From Planctomycetota bacterium (lineage in GTDB: Bacteria; Planctomycetota; UBA1135; GCA-002686595): a DNA stretch of 51,680 nucleotides. Position numbers and translations under genes: made by a program. The stretch covers positions 1 through 51,680 of the forward strand of contig JBIKLM010000001.1 in the NCBI GenBank assembly GCA_044359835.1. The letters are read 5' to 3'. A model generated the notes under the pieces. The model was not told the origin of the DNA and made no database searches. It was given only the letters and a program-made list of their open reading frames with translations. Positions 35,725 to 44,584 of the stretch are shown here, piece after piece (position 1 is the stretch's first letter; every line of letters starts with the position of its first letter).

Positions 35725-37548
35725 TCAGTTGACGACGACCGTCAGGATCTTGGCCGCCAGGGTGTTGGTCTGGGCGGTGTAGGGGCCGATGGCCCCCAGG
35801 TCGTAGAGGTTGGCGCCCTGGGCCAGCTTGATGGAGAGGGCCACGTCGAGGGCGGCCAGGGTGCTGAAGACCTGGAACGAGCCGGTGACCTTGTCGACCA
35901 GGTTGAACAGGCCCGTGGCGTCCTGGGAGGTGATCGTGGGGGTCGGGCTGCTGGGCAGGTTTTGGATACCCACGAAGCCCTTGTCGACGATCGCCAGCTC
36001 GAACAGGTTGGGGGCCCCGCTGAGGCTCACCTGCAGCTGGGTCGGGTCCGAGGTCAGCGTTGCGACCAGGCCACCCGGCCGGTTCTTGATCAGCAGCAGC
36101 GAAGGCGCCAGCTCGCGGTTGATCACCGCCGTGGCCTCGAAGTCCGCGCCCGCGGAGTCGATCGCCGTGAACCAGCCCAGCAGTTCGACCGCCGTGCCGT
36201 TGGTGATGCCCAGCCCGTCCGCGGCCGTGCCCACCTGAGCCACGAGCGCATCGGGATCGGTGGCGGGCAAACCGCTCTCGTTCCAGCTGAACAGCCCTTG
36301 CAGCAGCAGGCCGATGCGCACCAGATCGACGGTCAGCTGGCCGCCCGTCGGGGCGGCGGCGGCGAAGCCGAGGGCCCGCGTGGGCTGCAGGCGCACCACC
36401 GCATCGGTTGCGGTGGCATCCACGTCGGTCCCGATCAGGTCGCCGAAGATGCGCACGCGCTGGCCGATGTTGATGTCGTCGGCGTCGTAGGGCGTGGCCG
36501 AACCGCGGCGTAGGACCTTGGTTTGGGCGAAGGCCACGTCGACGGTGAAAAACGTATCGAACTGGAACTGATCGTGGGTCGTGTTGTTGCTGTGGCCGCG
36601 CACCACCAGCGTCGGATTGCTGCCCGCGCCGCCGATGCGGCCGACCACATGGCCCTCGATGATGTCCTGGCCGCCGTTGTAGGTGCCTGTGCCGGCCTCC
36701 ACGTAGACCACGGTCAGGTTGGGCAGCGACGGGGCGATGGCGCCGTAGGTCTGCACCCAGGTGCCCGCGGGCAAGCCGGCCAGGGCCTCGAGCCCGGGAT
36801 TGCCCGTGTAGGGCACGCCATTGACCTGGTACACGGTCTGGGGCAGCACCGAGACCGTGGTGCTGCCATAGGACACCCCTTGCAGCGTCTGCAGGTCGAG
36901 CTGGAAGGTGCCTGCCGCGGCGTCGACGGATTGGACCTCGCCCAGGGCGATCAGCTCCTTGGGACTGGACGGATCGACCCCCAGGACCAGCTTCGGCTCG
37001 ACGCGGACGCTGTTGCCCAGGCTGTCGACCTGCACGGATTGATTCAGGTCGAAATCGAGCTCGATCAGCTTGTGGGCTCCCGCGCCCATGGAGAACGGCG
37101 CCTGCAGGGTGATGTCGAAGGGCACCGGGCCGGTCAGCGGATCGCCGTCTTCATCCAGCAAGGACGCCGCGGAGCTCTGGCCCACCAGGAACACCTCCGC
37201 ATCGCTGAAGTCGAAGGTCACCTGGGCCCCCGTGTAGAGGCCCAGCGGCACCGGGCTCGTGCCGAGCACCTGGGACAGGTCCTGGAGTTCGGTCAGGTCC
37301 ACGCGCACCGGCTGGGTCAGCAGGCTGACCAGGGCGCCGGAGGCGCGCTCGAGCTGGATCGCTTCGATTTCGACGAAAAAGTTGGCTACTTGGTCAGCGG
37401 CCGCGTCGGTCAGGGCGAAGGTGACCGCGCCCTGGCTGTCGCCATCGCTGCTGCTTCCGCTGCAGGCGCACAGGCCGAACAGCGGCAAGGTGGCGAGCCA
37501 AGGAAGCAGCAGGGCGCGCTCGAGGCGCGAGTCAACAGGTCGGTGCAT
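35725..37548 (-). CDS. DUF4382-domain lipoprotein
   Basis: MHRPVDSRLERALLLPWLATLPLFGLCACSG (lipobox-like LCAC). AVTFALTDAAADQVANFFVEIEAIQLERASG..VSLLTQPVRVDLTELQD...LGLYTGAQVTFDF matches the DUF4382 pattern (LTDAP...V.V.I..I.L....G....V.VDL..L.....G.Y..I.L). Confidence 0.75.
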   Translation of the reverse strand: MHRPVDSRLERALLLPWLATLPLFGLCACSGSSSDGDSQGAVTFALTDAAADQVANFFVEIEAIQLERASGALVSLLTQPVRVDLTELQDLSQVLGTSPVPLGLYTGAQVTFDFSDAEVFLVGQSSAASLLDEDGDPLTGPVPFDITLQAPFSMGAGAHKLIELDFDLNQSVQVDSLGNSVRVEPKLVLGVDPSSPKELIALGEVQSVDAAAGTFQLDLQTLQGVSYGSTTVSVLPQTVYQVNGVPYTGNPGLEALAGLPAGTWVQTYGAIAPSLPNLTVVYVEAGTGTYNGGQDIIEGHVVGRIGGAGSNPTLVVRGHSNNTTHDQFQFDTFFTVDVAFAQTKVLRRGSATPYDADDINIGQRVRIFGDLIGTDVDATATDAVVRLQPTRALGFAAAAPTGGQLTVDLVRIGLLLQGLFSWNESGLPATDPDALVAQVGTAADGLGITNGTAVELLGWFTAIDSAGADFEATAVINRELAPSLLLIKNRPGGLVATLTSDPTQLQVSLSGAPNLFELAIVDKGFVGIQNLPSSPTPTITSQDATGLFNLVDKVTGSFQVFSTLAALDVALSIKLAQGANLYDLGAIGPYTAQTNTLAAKILTVVVN

Positions 37549-37844
37549 GGGTGAGAGAGCGTGGGTTGCGTCGGCCAGCGGGCCGAGAGGCTTTGTTCGG
37601 GGGATCCCAAGGAGCCTTATAGGGGCCTTCTCCGGAGTCCTTGCCTTCCGGGCGAGCCGCCCGCGGCTGCTCCCAGACCCGGCAACGGCGTCCCGCTGGG
37701 TCCCGCCCGTTCCGGCCCTCGAACCGGCCGGGTCCGCTGCGGTTCCGCGGGAGATCCGCCGGGGCCGCGGCCAGGCAGACTTTTCCCGGTCCCGCTCGGG
37801 GGCCGCTTTACACTGGGTTCACAGCGCCCGATCCAAGCCCAGCC

Positions 37845-38609
37845 ATGCAAAGCAAAGCAGCCAACGTGGAGGCCTACCTGGCCGAACAGACCCCCGAGCG
37901 CCGCCAGACCCTCGAAGCGGTGCGTCGCCTGATGCGGCAGAGCCTGGATGCGCGCATCGCGGAGGGCATGTCCTACGGGATGATCGGCTACTTCGTGCCC
38001 CACGCGATCTTTCCGGCGGGCTATCACTGCGACCCGAAGCAGCCGCTGCCCTTTGCCGGTCTGGCCGCGCAGAAGGGCCATTTTTCGCTTTATCTGATGG
38101 GCCTGTACCTGGACCCGGAGCTCACGGCGCGCTTCGAGGCCCGCTGGCAGGCCAGCGGCAAGAAGCTCGATATGGGCAAGGCCTGCGTGCGCTTCAAGCG
38201 GCTCGAGGACCTGGCCAGCGAGGCCATCGCCGAGACCCTGCGCGGCATGGACCTCGATACCTACCTGGCCACCTACCAGGCCCGTTATGGCTCCACCAAA
38301 GCGGGCGCCAAGGCCCTGGCGAAGAAGAACGCGTCGGCGGGCGCCGCTTCGCGGAGCCGCGGCACGGCCGCCCCGTCCAAGCCGGCCGCCGCAGCCGCCC
38401 CCGCGGCCAAGCGCGCCTCGCGCGGCGCCCAGGCAACGGCCGCGGCGCGGGGCCAGGCGTCGGCGCCCGCCAAGGGGGCCGCCCGAACCCGGCCGGCCGG
38501 AAAGGCCCAGCGCTCAGCCAAGCCCAGCCCCGTGGAGAAACCCAAGCCCGCCAGACAGGCCAAGACCGGCGCCAAGACCGGGCCCAAGCGCCGCTCCGCG
38601 GGCTCCTGA
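37845..38609 (+). CDS. DUF1801 (YdhG-like) domain protein with a roughly 100-aa Ala/Lys/Pro/Arg-rich basic C-terminal tail
   Basis: ATG at 37845. VEAYLAEQTPERRQTLEAVRRLMRQSL..RIAEGMSYGMIGY...GLAAQKGHFSLYLMG is typical of DUF1801. The tail reads AKKNASAGAASRSRG...KPKPARQAKTGAKTGPKRRSAGS. Confidence 0.75.
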   Translation: MQSKAANVEAYLAEQTPERRQTLEAVRRLMRQSLDARIAEGMSYGMIGYFVPHAIFPAGYHCDPKQPLPFAGLAAQKGHFSLYLMGLYLDPELTARFEARWQASGKKLDMGKACVRFKRLEDLASEAIAETLRGMDLDTYLATYQARYGSTKAGAKALAKKNASAGAASRSRGTAAPSKPAAAAAPAAKRASRGAQATAAARGQASAPAKGAARTRPAGKAQRSAKPSPVEKPKPARQAKTGAKTGPKRRSAGS

Positions 38610-38745
38610 CCGGCGGAGAAGAGATCGACTCGGGCTGCGCCCGAGCCACCGGACGAGCCCGACCGATGCCTCTGGGCCGCCGTCCGGCGCCGGGGAGCGC
38701 CGGGGGCCCTGCGGGCGGCCAACGGGGGGCCGAAAAAGCAGCAGA
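38607..38745 (+). repeat. structured intergenic repeat, copy B (right half degenerate)
   Basis: It starts at the TGA of the DUF1801 gene. CTGACCGGCGGAGAAGAGATCGACTCGGGCTGCGCCCGAGCC...GATGCCTCTGGGCCGCCGTCCGGCGCC aligns with copies A and C. An identical 7-bp hairpin lies at 38629-38645. Confidence 0.7.
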
Positions 38746-38852
38746 AGCCCACCAAATCACCTCGTGCGGGCCTTGACGGCGTGGCCCAGGGTTGGTCCAG
38801 GGCCTCGCTCTCGCCTTGACCTGCGCCCGCGGGGCCCCCGAACATCCCCGGG

Positions 38853-39551
38853 ATGGCCCGCGAGGGGCAAACATTTGGGTACGAGGGCGCCAGCGGGCCG
38901 CCCAGCGGGACCGCCCCGGCTCTGGCCGCCGGGCAGCAGCAGCTCCGTGATCTGATCGAACCGCCGCCGGTGCACGCCCGCCTGTCCGGCGATTGGCTGC
39001 GGGGCGCCCTGGCGATGACGCGCAGCGCAGGCGACTTCTTCGTGCGCTTCGAGGGCGATCCGCTGCTCGAGGGCCGCGCCCGAGCCGCCCAACACCTCTA
39101 CCAGCGCTGCCTGCTGGTGGCCCCCGAACGGCTGGCCTCCCGGGCCCTGGCGCTGCTCTCCGTGCGCTCCCGGGGCTGGCGCGGCCTGCCGGCGGTCGAG
39201 CAGCTGCTCGCGCGCTGCCACGAGGATGGCGCCGCCCAGCTGGTGCTCGAGGACGAGCGCGAGGAGGACTACGGCCTCTCCGCGGAACCCGGCGTGCTGG
39301 GCCAATACGCCATCGCCGGCGAGCTCTTCGGCCTGGCCAGCGCCCACTGGCGCCTGGCGCTGGTGCGCTTCAACCGCCTGCCGTTCCCCGAACGGCGGGG
39401 TCTCTTCGATTGGGTCGTGCGCGGCATCGACCCTCCCGCCGATCCGCAGCACGCGGCGGCGGGCCAACCGCCGTCGCCCGGCTGGAACCTGCCCCGGGCG
39501 CGCTCGCTGCTGGCCGAGGTGCTGGCCTTACCCGAGGGAGGTGCTTCATGA
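38853..39551 (+). CDS. module 1 gene A: cytoplasmic protein with a sigma-70 region-4-like C-terminal segment (family not recognised)
   Basis: It is a paralog of 44585..45322, alignable along its full length by eye (23/36 identical in the block GELFG...RFNRLP..RR.LFDWV.RG). The stop overlaps the next start (ATGA). No TM or signal sequence. Confidence 0.7.
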   Translation: MAREGQTFGYEGASGPPSGTAPALAAGQQQLRDLIEPPPVHARLSGDWLRGALAMTRSAGDFFVRFEGDPLLEGRARAAQHLYQRCLLVAPERLASRALALLSVRSRGWRGLPAVEQLLARCHEDGAAQLVLEDEREEDYGLSAEPGVLGQYAIAGELFGLASAHWRLALVRFNRLPFPERRGLFDWVVRGIDPPADPQHAAAGQPPSPGWNLPRARSLLAEVLALPEGGAS

Positions 39552-40450
39552 AATCCCGTTCGATCAGCCCGGCGCTCGAGCAGCTCCTCGCAGAGCTGGC
39601 CCAGCGGCCGGATTCGATGCTCTTCGGCCGCGCGGCCGCCGCCTCCACCGAGCGGCTCGAGTCCGCCGCGCCGCGCCTGTGGACCGGCAAGGAGCCCGGC
39701 CTGACCGCCGCCGAGCAGGAGTTGCTGCGCGGCTATCGCGAGGAGCTCAGCGGCCTGATCCGCCAGCTTTCCTTCGGGCTGACCCGCAGCCTGCCGGGGG
39801 TCTCGGCGCTGCTCGATCCCCGGCTCGACGCCGAAGCGCGCGCGCGGGCCCTGCCCAGCGACGAGCTGGCCGAGCGCCGCGCCGCCGCCGCGCGCCTGCC
39901 CGAGCGCGACCAGTGGATCCCCGGGGCCGCGCGCCTGCTGCGCGCCCTCGAAGGCGAGCTGACGCGGCCCGAGGAGGCCCTCGAGCTGCTGCGCCAGGGC
40001 CAGCGCTTGGCGCCGCACCCGATGACTTTGCAGCACCAGGCCTTCTGGCTCGAGCGGCTCGGCCGGCCCGACGAGGCGCTGCAGGCGGCCCTGGCCGGCT
40101 GGCGCAGCGCGCGCGATCCGCTCTGGCGCACCGCCCTGGCGCTGATCCTGGGCCGCATCCACTTCGCGACCGGCCGCTACTCAGCCGCTTCGCACTGGTA
40201 CGGCCTGGCCCAGCGCCATGAGCCCAGCCTGGCGGCGGCCCTTTCCGCTTGGCACTGCGCCCTGCGCGCGGGGCAGAGCAGCGCCGCCGAAGCCCACGCG
40301 GGCGCCGCCTTCGAGCTGGCGCCCGACGCGGCCCGCGCCGCGCGCGAGTTCAAGGCCTTGGCGCGCGCCGCCGGCGCCGAGCTGCATTTGTCGCGCGGGC
40401 ACGGCCCGCGCTCCGACCGCTGGGTCTCGGCCTTCGTGGAGGTGGTCTGA
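39548..40450 (+). CDS. module 1 gene B: cytoplasmic all-helical (TPR-like) protein
   Basis: ATG preceded by GGGAGG. It is a paralog of 45319..46233 (ISPAL..LL.ELA..P.S.LFGR 16/23 identical; LLR..REE...L.RQ.SF.LTR.LPG; TLQH.AFW). The C-terminal half is Ala/Leu-rich and repeat-like. No TM. Confidence 0.7.
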   Translation: MKSRSISPALEQLLAELAQRPDSMLFGRAAAASTERLESAAPRLWTGKEPGLTAAEQELLRGYREELSGLIRQLSFGLTRSLPGVSALLDPRLDAEARARALPSDELAERRAAAARLPERDQWIPGAARLLRALEGELTRPEEALELLRQGQRLAPHPMTLQHQAFWLERLGRPDEALQAALAGWRSARDPLWRTALALILGRIHFATGRYSAASHWYGLAQRHEPSLAAALSAWHCALRAGQSSAAEAHAGAAFELAPDAARAAREFKALARAAGAELHLSRGHGPRSDRWVSAFVEVV

Positions 40451-40692
40451 TGGTCCGCGCCCTGCCTGCCACGCCGCGCGCGCGCCGTCTGCTGCTGTTG
40501 GCCCTGCTGGGGCTGGCGGGCCTGGCGCCCGCCCAGGTCTCCGGCGTCGGGCCGCCCAAGCCCAAGGCCGAAGGCCAGCTCAGCGCCCGCGACAAGCTCA
40601 AGCGCAGCGCCCCGCCGCCGGTGATCGAAGGCGGCAACGGCCCCGTGACCAGCCGGGGGCAGAAGCAGGAAGAGGTCATTCCCAAGCCGTGA
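40450..40692 (+). CDS. module 1 gene C: 80-aa exported Pro/Lys-rich protein
   Basis: The ATG shares one nucleotide with the upstream TGA (TGATG). MVRALPATPRARRLLLLALLGLAGLAPAQV is a signal peptide. The mature part is low-complexity. Gene C of module 2 has the same length and position. Confidence 0.55.
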   Translation: MVRALPATPRARRLLLLALLGLAGLAPAQVSGVGPPKPKAEGQLSARDKLKRSAPPPVIEGGNGPVTSRGQKQEEVIPKP

Positions 40693-40706
40693 GGGAGCGC
40701 CGTTCC

Positions 40707-43700
40707 ATGCCGGCCCCGGGGCGCCGCGCGGCCCTGGGCCTGGCCGCCCTGGCGGCGGCCCTGGGCCTGGCCCTCTGGGCGGGCTCGCAGGGTCCCTGGA
40801 GCGGCATCGCCCGTGTTCCGGGGGGCTCGCGGGCCGCGCTCGCGGGCGCCGCTGCGACCCTGCCGGCGTCCGCCGCGGACGTCCGAGCCGCCGGGCTTGC
40901 GGAGCGATCCGGAGCGCAGCAAAGCCCCGCGGAGCTCGGCCCCCGATCCCTCGCCGGCGCGCCCGCCGCGGCCGCCCCGCAGGCGCCCGAGGCGATCCGC
41001 GCGGGCCCCGAAGCGCGCGCGGGCCAGCTCTTGATCCTCGGCCCCGACGGCGCGCCGCTCGCAGGCGCCGAGCTCTCCGCGCACCTCTGGGATGCGGAGG
41101 TCTATCAGACCCTCGACGACAGCGCCGGGAACCTGGCGCTCTGGCACCTGCCCGGCCGCAGCGCGGCGCTGGCCCAGCGGCGCCTGGCCGGCTGGTCCGA
41201 CGCCAGCGGGCGCCTGGCCCTCGAGCGCAGCTTCGAGCTCGTCGATCCCGAGACCGATTTCGAGTTTTGTTGGGTCACGCACCCGCGCGCGCGGGCGGCC
41301 CTGTTCCAGCGCTCGGTGGGGGAGTCCTGGCCCGCGTCCCTGCGCCTCGAGCCCGGGCGGGCCGCGACCGCGCGCGTGACCATCGCGGGCGCGCCGATCG
41401 CCGGCGCCCGGCTGGTGCAGCAGGCCCTGCCGCCCGAACAGGTCGGCGCGGGCAGCCTGGCCGGGGAGGCGCTGATGCGCCGCGCCCTCGAACGCCGCAG
41501 CGAAACCGATGCAACCGGCGTGGCCCCTCTGCTCGACCTGGGCGGACCGATGTGGGTCTGGGCCGAGGCCGAGGGGCAGCGCTCGCTGCCGGTGCGGCTC
41601 GGCGAGCCGGGCCCGCTCGAGCTGGAGCTCTTGCCCACCTGGAGCCTCGAAGCCCTGGCGCGCTCCCTGGACGGCAGCCGGCTCGAGCGCGAGGCCCTGG
41701 TTTCGATCGAATCTATCGCCGTCGGCGATCCGGCGCTCGCCGGCCAGCCCCTGGCCAGCGTGCAGAGCCCGGACGGCGTGCGCTTCGGTCCGCTGGAGCT
41801 GCCGCGGCTGCCCGCGGGACGCGAATACCTGCTGCGCCTGTGGCAGGGCGGCAACCGCGAATGGACCGCGCGCTTCCCGGCGCCGCTCGGCTCCGCCTGG
41901 AGCCTCGAGATGCCCTTCGTGCGCGGCGTCGATCTGGCCGTGTTCCCGGTGGCGCTCGAAGACGGCGCCGCCCTGGCGGGTGCGCGCGTCGTCGCGCGGC
42001 CGAGCGGCGGAGCGCCCGGGGCGATCCTCGAGCGCCGCGCCGACGCGGACGGCATCGCCCTGCTGGCGGGCCTCGACGCCGAGCTGGCCTACGACATCGA
42101 GGCCCAGGCCCCCGGCCGCGCCCCGCGCACGATCGTGGGCGTGCGCGTGGCGCCCGGCGAGCGCCGCAGCGCCTTCGATCTGCCCCTGGCGCGCGCCGCG
42201 ACGCTCTCCGGACGGGTGCTGCTCGACGGCCAGCCGGCGTCGGATTTCGTGCTGATCCACAGCACCGCCGTGCTCGGCCAGTACCAGCGCCGCGCCTTCG
42301 GACCGCAGGCCGCGGGCGCTTTCCTGCTGGAGGACCTGGCCGAAGGCCCCCTGACGATCCTGGCCGAATTGCCCGGTCTGGGCCTCACGCCGCCGGCGCG
42401 GCTCGAGCTGCTGGCCGGCTCCGCGGCGGCGCAGAGCGTCGAGCTCGAACTCGGCCCCGGCCAGCGCGCCGCCGGTCGCCTCGTGGACGCGCAGAGCGGC
42501 GCGCCGATCGCCGCGGCGCGCCTGACGCTGCTGAGCGGCGATCCCCAGCGCCCGCGGGCCAGCATGCCCCTGCCCCAGGTCTCCGATGCCCTGGGCCATT
42601 TCGAGCTCGAACGCCTGCATCCCGAGGCCAGCGCCCTGTGCATCGAGGCCCCGGGCCATCGGCCCGAACTGGTCGCTCTGGCATGGCCGAGCGAGCCCCG
42701 CGGCGCGGCGCCGCTTCACTTCGGAACGATCGCCCTCGATCCGCTCTCCGACCTGTCCGTGCGCCTCGAAGGCGCCGCGGATCCGACGCGCTACCAGGTC
42801 GCCCTGGGTTTCCGCCCGCGGGGCCCCAGCGTGGCCTTCGACGCCGCCGGGCGCGCCAGCCTGCCGCTCGACCGCGCCGCCGGCGAGCTGACCCTGCGCC
42901 ACCCGAGCGGGGTCGAGGACCTCTACGCCCTGGATGGCTCTGCATCCGACGCGGGCGAAGTGCGCCTGTGGGTCGACGAAGGCCGCCGCCTCGAGCTCCT
43001 GCCCACGGGCGCCGGCGCCGGCGGGCCCCGCGAGGCGCTCGACCTGAGCCTGGATGCAGAGGCCGCTGCGGCCCCGGCGGAGCCGAGCGCCGCGTTGGAC
43101 GCAGGGGCTTTGCCCGCGGGCGCCGACGCCGACCTGCTCGACGTCTGGATCAAGTTCACCGACCCCGAGGGCCGCCCCGGCCTGCGGCTGCTGACGCTCT
43201 CCGATCGCAGCCGCGCCACGCGCGTGCCGGCCATCCCCGCCCGGGTCCTGTACCTGCAATGGAGCTACGGCGCGCCCGCACGCAGCGCGCAGGCCAGCGT
43301 CACGCTCAGCGGCGCGGCCCTCGAGCGCATCGAGCTGCCCCTGGGCGCCGCCAATTGGCCCCTGCGCCTGATCGACGCGGCCGGCCGCGGCCTGCCCGGC
43401 GTGCGCATCGAGGTCTACCAGCGCCCGCCCGGACAGGCGCTCAAGCTGCTCGGCCAGCGCCTCAGCGACGCGGAGGGCCTGGCCCAATTGCCCAGCGCGC
43501 CTGCGGGAGAGCTGTGCCTGGCGCTGCAGGGTCCCGACGGCGGCGTGCTCGCCGATGTGTGCCTGACGGCCGCCGATTTCGGCCTCGCCGCGCCGGCCCC
43601 GGGCCGCCGCGCGCAGGACGCCGGACACCATGCGCTGCCCCTCTGGCTCGGCGAGCCGCGGCTCGTCGAGCGCGTCTTCGATCCGCGCCTGACGTTCGAA

Positions 43701-44132
43701 TTCGTCTTGCGCGACGAGGACGGACCCCTGGCCGGCGCGCGCCTCGATTGGAGCGCCCTGGACGGCCAGCTCGCGCTCGGCAGCCTGTTCAGCGACGATT
43801 CCGGCCGCGCGCGCCGCACCGCCCTGGGCCCCGGTCCCTATCGCATCGCCATCGAAGCCCCCGGCCACTGGCCCCTCGAATTCGAGCTCGATCTGCCCGC
43901 GGAGGGGCTGCCGCCGCTCGAGCTGCGCCTGCCGAGGCGCGTGCTCTTCGAGCGCACCCTGCTGGGCGCCGACGGCCTGCCGCTGGCGGACCAGCCCGTG
44001 CTCCTCTCCGTGCCCGACCTGCCCCCCGGCGCGCGTTTGATCGGCTGGCCGCCACTCGATCTCGCCACCGACAACCTGGGCCGGGTGGGCCCCCTCGAAG
44101 CCCCCAGCGGCGCGCTGGCAGAGCCGCGCTGA
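40707..44132 (+). CDS. module 1 gene D: 1141-aa exported or membrane-anchored protein made of carboxypeptidase-regulatory-like beta-sandwich repeats
   Basis: The ATG at 40707 lies 10 nt after GAGGGAG. MPAPGRRAALGLAALAAALGLALWAG is the anchor or signal. There are multiple units such as LSGRVLLDGQPASD..., AAGRLVDAQSGAPIAAARLTLL...DALGHFELERLHPEASALCIEAPGHRP and LRLIDAAGRGLPGVRIEVY...SDAEGLAQL. Confidence 0.8.
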   Translation: MPAPGRRAALGLAALAAALGLALWAGSQGPWSGIARVPGGSRAALAGAAATLPASAADVRAAGLAERSGAQQSPAELGPRSLAGAPAAAAPQAPEAIRAGPEARAGQLLILGPDGAPLAGAELSAHLWDAEVYQTLDDSAGNLALWHLPGRSAALAQRRLAGWSDASGRLALERSFELVDPETDFEFCWVTHPRARAALFQRSVGESWPASLRLEPGRAATARVTIAGAPIAGARLVQQALPPEQVGAGSLAGEALMRRALERRSETDATGVAPLLDLGGPMWVWAEAEGQRSLPVRLGEPGPLELELLPTWSLEALARSLDGSRLEREALVSIESIAVGDPALAGQPLASVQSPDGVRFGPLELPRLPAGREYLLRLWQGGNREWTARFPAPLGSAWSLEMPFVRGVDLAVFPVALEDGAALAGARVVARPSGGAPGAILERRADADGIALLAGLDAELAYDIEAQAPGRAPRTIVGVRVAPGERRSAFDLPLARAATLSGRVLLDGQPASDFVLIHSTAVLGQYQRRAFGPQAAGAFLLEDLAEGPLTILAELPGLGLTPPARLELLAGSAAAQSVELELGPGQRAAGRLVDAQSGAPIAAARLTLLSGDPQRPRASMPLPQVSDALGHFELERLHPEASALCIEAPGHRPELVALAWPSEPRGAAPLHFGTIALDPLSDLSVRLEGAADPTRYQVALGFRPRGPSVAFDAAGRASLPLDRAAGELTLRHPSGVEDLYALDGSASDAGEVRLWVDEGRRLELLPTGAGAGGPREALDLSLDAEAAAAPAEPSAALDAGALPAGADADLLDVWIKFTDPEGRPGLRLLTLSDRSRATRVPAIPARVLYLQWSYGAPARSAQASVTLSGAALERIELPLGAANWPLRLIDAAGRGLPGVRIEVYQRPPGQALKLLGQRLSDAEGLAQLPSAPAGELCLALQGPDGGVLADVCLTAADFGLAAPAPGRRAQDAGHHALPLWLGEPRLVERVFDPRLTFEFVLRDEDGPLAGARLDWSALDGQLALGSLFSDDSGRARRTALGPGPYRIAIEAPGHWPLEFELDLPAEGLPPLELRLPRRVLFERTLLGADGLPLADQPVLLSVPDLPPGARLIGWPPLDLATDNLGRVGPLEAPSGALAEPR

Positions 44133-44250
44133 CCGCCAGAGAAAAAATCGACTTGGGCAACGCCCGAGCCGCAGGAGCAGGCTGTCCGCAGGCCTTTGGG
44201 CCGCCGTCCTGCGGCCGCACAGGCTGGGATCGACGCCTCGGGCTGGATTC
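44130..44250 (+). repeat. structured intergenic repeat, copy C
   Basis: It starts at the TGA of gene D1. 83/98 positions are identical to copy A by hand alignment. The hairpin at 44152-44168 keeps its pairing through a T-G (G-U) wobble that works only in a plus-strand RNA. Confidence 0.8.
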
Positions 44251-44584
44251 GTTGTTCAGGGCCTGACCGAGCGGTCGGGCGCCTCTCGGCCCGCTCCGGC
44301 GGAGGCGTGGGCCGCAAGCCCGCGCTGCGCTAGACGCGCGCCAAACCCAGGGCCGCCGCCGGCCAAGCCCCCGAGCCCCGGCCGAATCCGGGGAGCGCTT
44401 CGGGGCCCCAGCTCCCCTCCAGGGGCAGCGCATCGGACGGCGAGGGGCCGCGGGTTGCGGCTCGACCTCGGGGGGGCATCTCCGCCGGGCCGCCGCTTTG
44501 TATCGGAAATGTAAGAAATTCCCCGTCGTACCGGCGCTGGGGAGCGGTCTTGACGGGCAGCGGGGGCCTGGGGACGATTCGGCC

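Noticed and set aside
40350-43868. 1172-aa minus-strand ORF, and the 999-aa plus-strand ORF at 41267..44266
   Set aside because: One is antisense and the other out of frame relative to gene D1. Both translate to Arg/Ala/Gly/Pro-rich sequence without domain-like features. D1 has repeat structure, a signal anchor and an SD.
44498-44584. TTG start at 44498 giving a 274-aa version of gene A2 (MYRKCKKFPVV...)
   Set aside because: The paralog A1 has no equivalent N-terminal extension, and the extra 29 codons cover the AT-richer putative promoter region. ATG 44585 is preferred, but the longer form cannot be excluded.
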